From: Zooshikella harenae
Lineage (GTDB): Bacteria > Pseudomonadota > Gammaproteobacteria > Pseudomonadales > Zooshikellaceae
Direction: 5' to 3'
Assembly: GCF_018837975.1 (NCBI RefSeq)
Contig: NZ_JAGSOY010000008.1
Coordinates: 17,164 to 81,163, forward strand
Length of the DNA: 64,000 nt
The notes beneath the pieces are model-generated. The model was not told where the DNA came from. It was given only the letters and a program-made list of their open reading frames with translations, and did not search any database. The translations under genes and the position numbers were made by a program. Position 1 is the first letter of the stretch. Each line of letters opens with the position of its first letter. This document shows, piece by piece, positions 63,201 through 64,000 of this stretch.

Positions 63201-64000
63201 GCCGCTAAATCTAAATAAGAATCTTTACTATTTATAGCAATATCATCCATCAAGGTAACAGAGCCATGCCCTTTAAAGTAAACACCATTATCAGCCGTTA
63301 TATCATCAACGAGTGAAATATCTCCAATAGTACTAACGGTTAGTTTTCCAGCACCTAAATTGATGGAACCGAAATTTATATCTCCATTGCTATAAATGCC
63401 TAACTGATGGCTACCTGAAATTACAGTATCAGCGAGGTTTAAACCACTACTTAAATACTTCAGCTGAAGATCATTCTGAATGTGAATACGGTCTGTATTA
63501 TTAAATATAATATTCTTAGCATTTACAGAATCATTAAGAAATACATCTTTTGCAGAAATGTCTAAATCGCCAATATTGATGTTAGCGCCAATACTAGAAA
63601 GTTTGATGTCTCCATGACTACTTATAAGAGATAAATTACGTTGCCCATAAATATCACTAACCATCGATAAGTCAATATCGTCACGAGCACTGACAACTGC
63701 ATTTTGTTTTAAAAAAATGTAATCACTATTTAATTGTACTTTGCCAATATTCGAAGTTATATCGTTATTAATAGAGGTTAAATAAACACCATTTGAGATA
63801 AAATCTCCATCAATGTTAATCAGTCCAGTTGAAAGATTACCTCGATTGAGGTTAAACGTAAGGTCTCCAATACCACTTATCTCTGTATTGATTAAGTCTA
63901 ATGATGAATACCATCTATCAACATTAATTGCAGTATCATATTCTAGGGATAACTTTTCAATATGATTAAAATCGATTGCATTATAAACATAGATATCACC
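60212..64000 (-). CDS. Very large beta-helical repeat protein (more than 1260 aa in window; N-terminus beyond the window edge), adhesin/hemagglutinin-like
   Basis: The frame stays open on the minus strand from 63665 to 64000 (checked codon by codon); periodic ~200-aa repeats (GNYGLTLNAENITLG / GNYGLNLSADRGNIYLA / GNYAINLNADTVRLG / GNYALSLTAPNGIIKLA); Asn/Gly/Ser/Thr-rich, a typical parallel beta-helix composition. Confidence 0.6.
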   Translation of the reverse strand, partial: GDIYVYNAIDFNHIEKLSLEYDTAINVDRWYSSLDLINTEISGIGDLTFNLNRGNLSTGLINIDGDFISNGVYLTSINNDITSNIGKVQLNSDYIFLKQNAVVSARDDIDLSMVSDIYGQRNLSLISSHGDIKLSSIGANINIGDLDISAKDVFLNDSVNAKNIIFNNTDRIHIQNDLQLKYLSSGLNLADTVISGSHQLGIYSNGDINFGSINLGAGKLTVSTIGDISLVDDITADNGVYFKGHGSVTLMDDIAINSKDSYLDLAANTLSGNYGLTLNAENITLGKLDTFNPLKTLTINHAKNVLLNDNIVVSERVDLTDNGRIKLGQPIEIHALQGDVLLENSKLYGSELNIDAKNITLGALTVDKLGFQAQSLTLNDNIQTHSTFNTERVDTVEIIGKTIIDTHLGNANVSLEDSLVQGDNLYIEAGQGDVLLGTLSVKELAVNNTGQFSTVGNIDAESGIYFDGTGNWLLAGDTGINVNNGSISVDDKNISGNYGLNLSADRGNIYLADADVNNLDASARTVYLQGDIEVGNSSLDLTRVGVLNVDGNRSLIVDNVSPSQAAIDLKNTFVQGSGSLNLINETGDMNLGQVNIDGRLTVGGTQTNPSETINLYANLTAEQGFDFRNEGNIVLKQDILLSSPNNELDLSHKTLAGNYAINLNADTVRLGKFSNNSLINTLSISNAGLVDIYHDITTEQGIFFNNNKAINVHQNTIFNALNGQIYVSKATINGNVTLSGNTVSLDNTSARRFDVKAQKLNLAGNIATYDGLNAVGADLIALENKVVVSTQHGAINFSNAKVKGDGLTINANGGDVSLSDVSVNGLTVFNTGSLTTDGKIQAFNDVRFNGTGLWQLANDTSIVSSAGDILAADKYVQGNYALSLTAPNGIIKLASAHIASLGITAPRVELEGDISAKQGGLDFSQVGTLDIAKHVSLKTQQNAGNINLSQTLVEGAGNLALYSGLGRIRLGQVSLDGQLIIENQSGVDVFHSVSAKRGINLEKTPAVYLYNNGIFYSDTGEILLPNVVGNGYSFLAKAAGNVNARSLTAANVNIHSGQGIVLGAVNSNYLNVLAQKDINLNGNVNAQAVSIISNKGQVNMFSNRSLSTVGNAVLNGYSGVNISHIKADDVRITSKVGDIYTLPNPYRRNIIARRVELNTRGEIGSNYQPVNLLVSKDLLIYNARKAVLEGLFNKPTLVNTSETTTVMLPKVSKDAAKTALITLEDTRYFDSSIFLDGVTLFSYSDEDLLQVERLESMTTMKE

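Noticed and set aside
1-64000. CRISPR arrays, IS elements, integrases, tRNA/rRNA genes
   Set aside because: I scanned all intergenic regions over 100 nt for direct repeats with regular spacing, terminal inverted repeats, and tRNA acceptor/T-arm patterns. None was found. No ORF resembles a transposase or integrase.

Overview
This 64-kb window from a low-GC gammaproteobacterium (gene order resembles Pseudomonadales/Oceanospirillales) splits into a conserved core, an accessory region of roughly 19 kb, and part of a type VI secretion cluster.

Core, positions 1-28,500:
- HIT, VOC and OsmC family genes, followed by crp.
- A minus-strand trpE-trpG-trpD-trpC operon, preceded by a 19-codon Trp-rich leader peptide that no annotation track would normally show.
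- gph-rpe.
- The djlA-murU-amgK / lptD-surA-pdxA-rsmA-apaG-apaH block.
- cca, folK-folB, tsaD.
- The rpsU-yqeY-dnaG-rpoD macromolecular-synthesis operon, ending in a strong terminator.

Accessory region, about 28.6-47.9 kb:
- A plus-strand operon-like array of membrane-remodelling genes: a YjfI-like DUF2170 protein, a PspA/IM30 protein, a small tandem ribbon-helix-helix-like protein, a YqiJ/NfeD-like membrane protein and a YqiK-like flotillin.
- A 1788-aa giant protein with a C-proximal AAA+ (MoxR/dynein-like 'GNP') ATPase follows, translationally coupled to a rhomboid-like protease and a small TerB-like protein. I could not place the giant protein in any characterised family. It is the best candidate here for an undescribed system.
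- A SAM-dependent methyltransferase with a palindromic operator upstream.
- An orphan Card1/Can2-like gene (CARF-type N-domain plus PD-(D/E)xK nuclease), with no CRISPR array, cas gene or cyclic-nucleotide synthase in view.
- An XRE-like HTH gene.
- An HscC (Hsp70) / DjlC-like J-domain-TPR co-chaperone / DUF1266 module, in which the J-domain has HLD in place of HPD.

Type VI secretion, positions 47,970-59,450 on the minus strand: vasH-like sigma-54 activator, clpV, tssG, tssF, tssE, tssC, tssB, tssA.
- No hcp, vgrG or tssJKLM is present in the window.
- A 212-nt tssC-tssE gap contains a perfect 14-bp inverted repeat.
- Upstream of tssA sit a SapC-family-like gene and a beta-helical repeat protein of more than 1260 aa that runs off the window edge.

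No rRNA, tRNA, CRISPR array, IS element or prophage signal was seen. All family assignments are from reading the translated ORFs without database searches. Coordinates of manually located elements may be off by about 1 nt.
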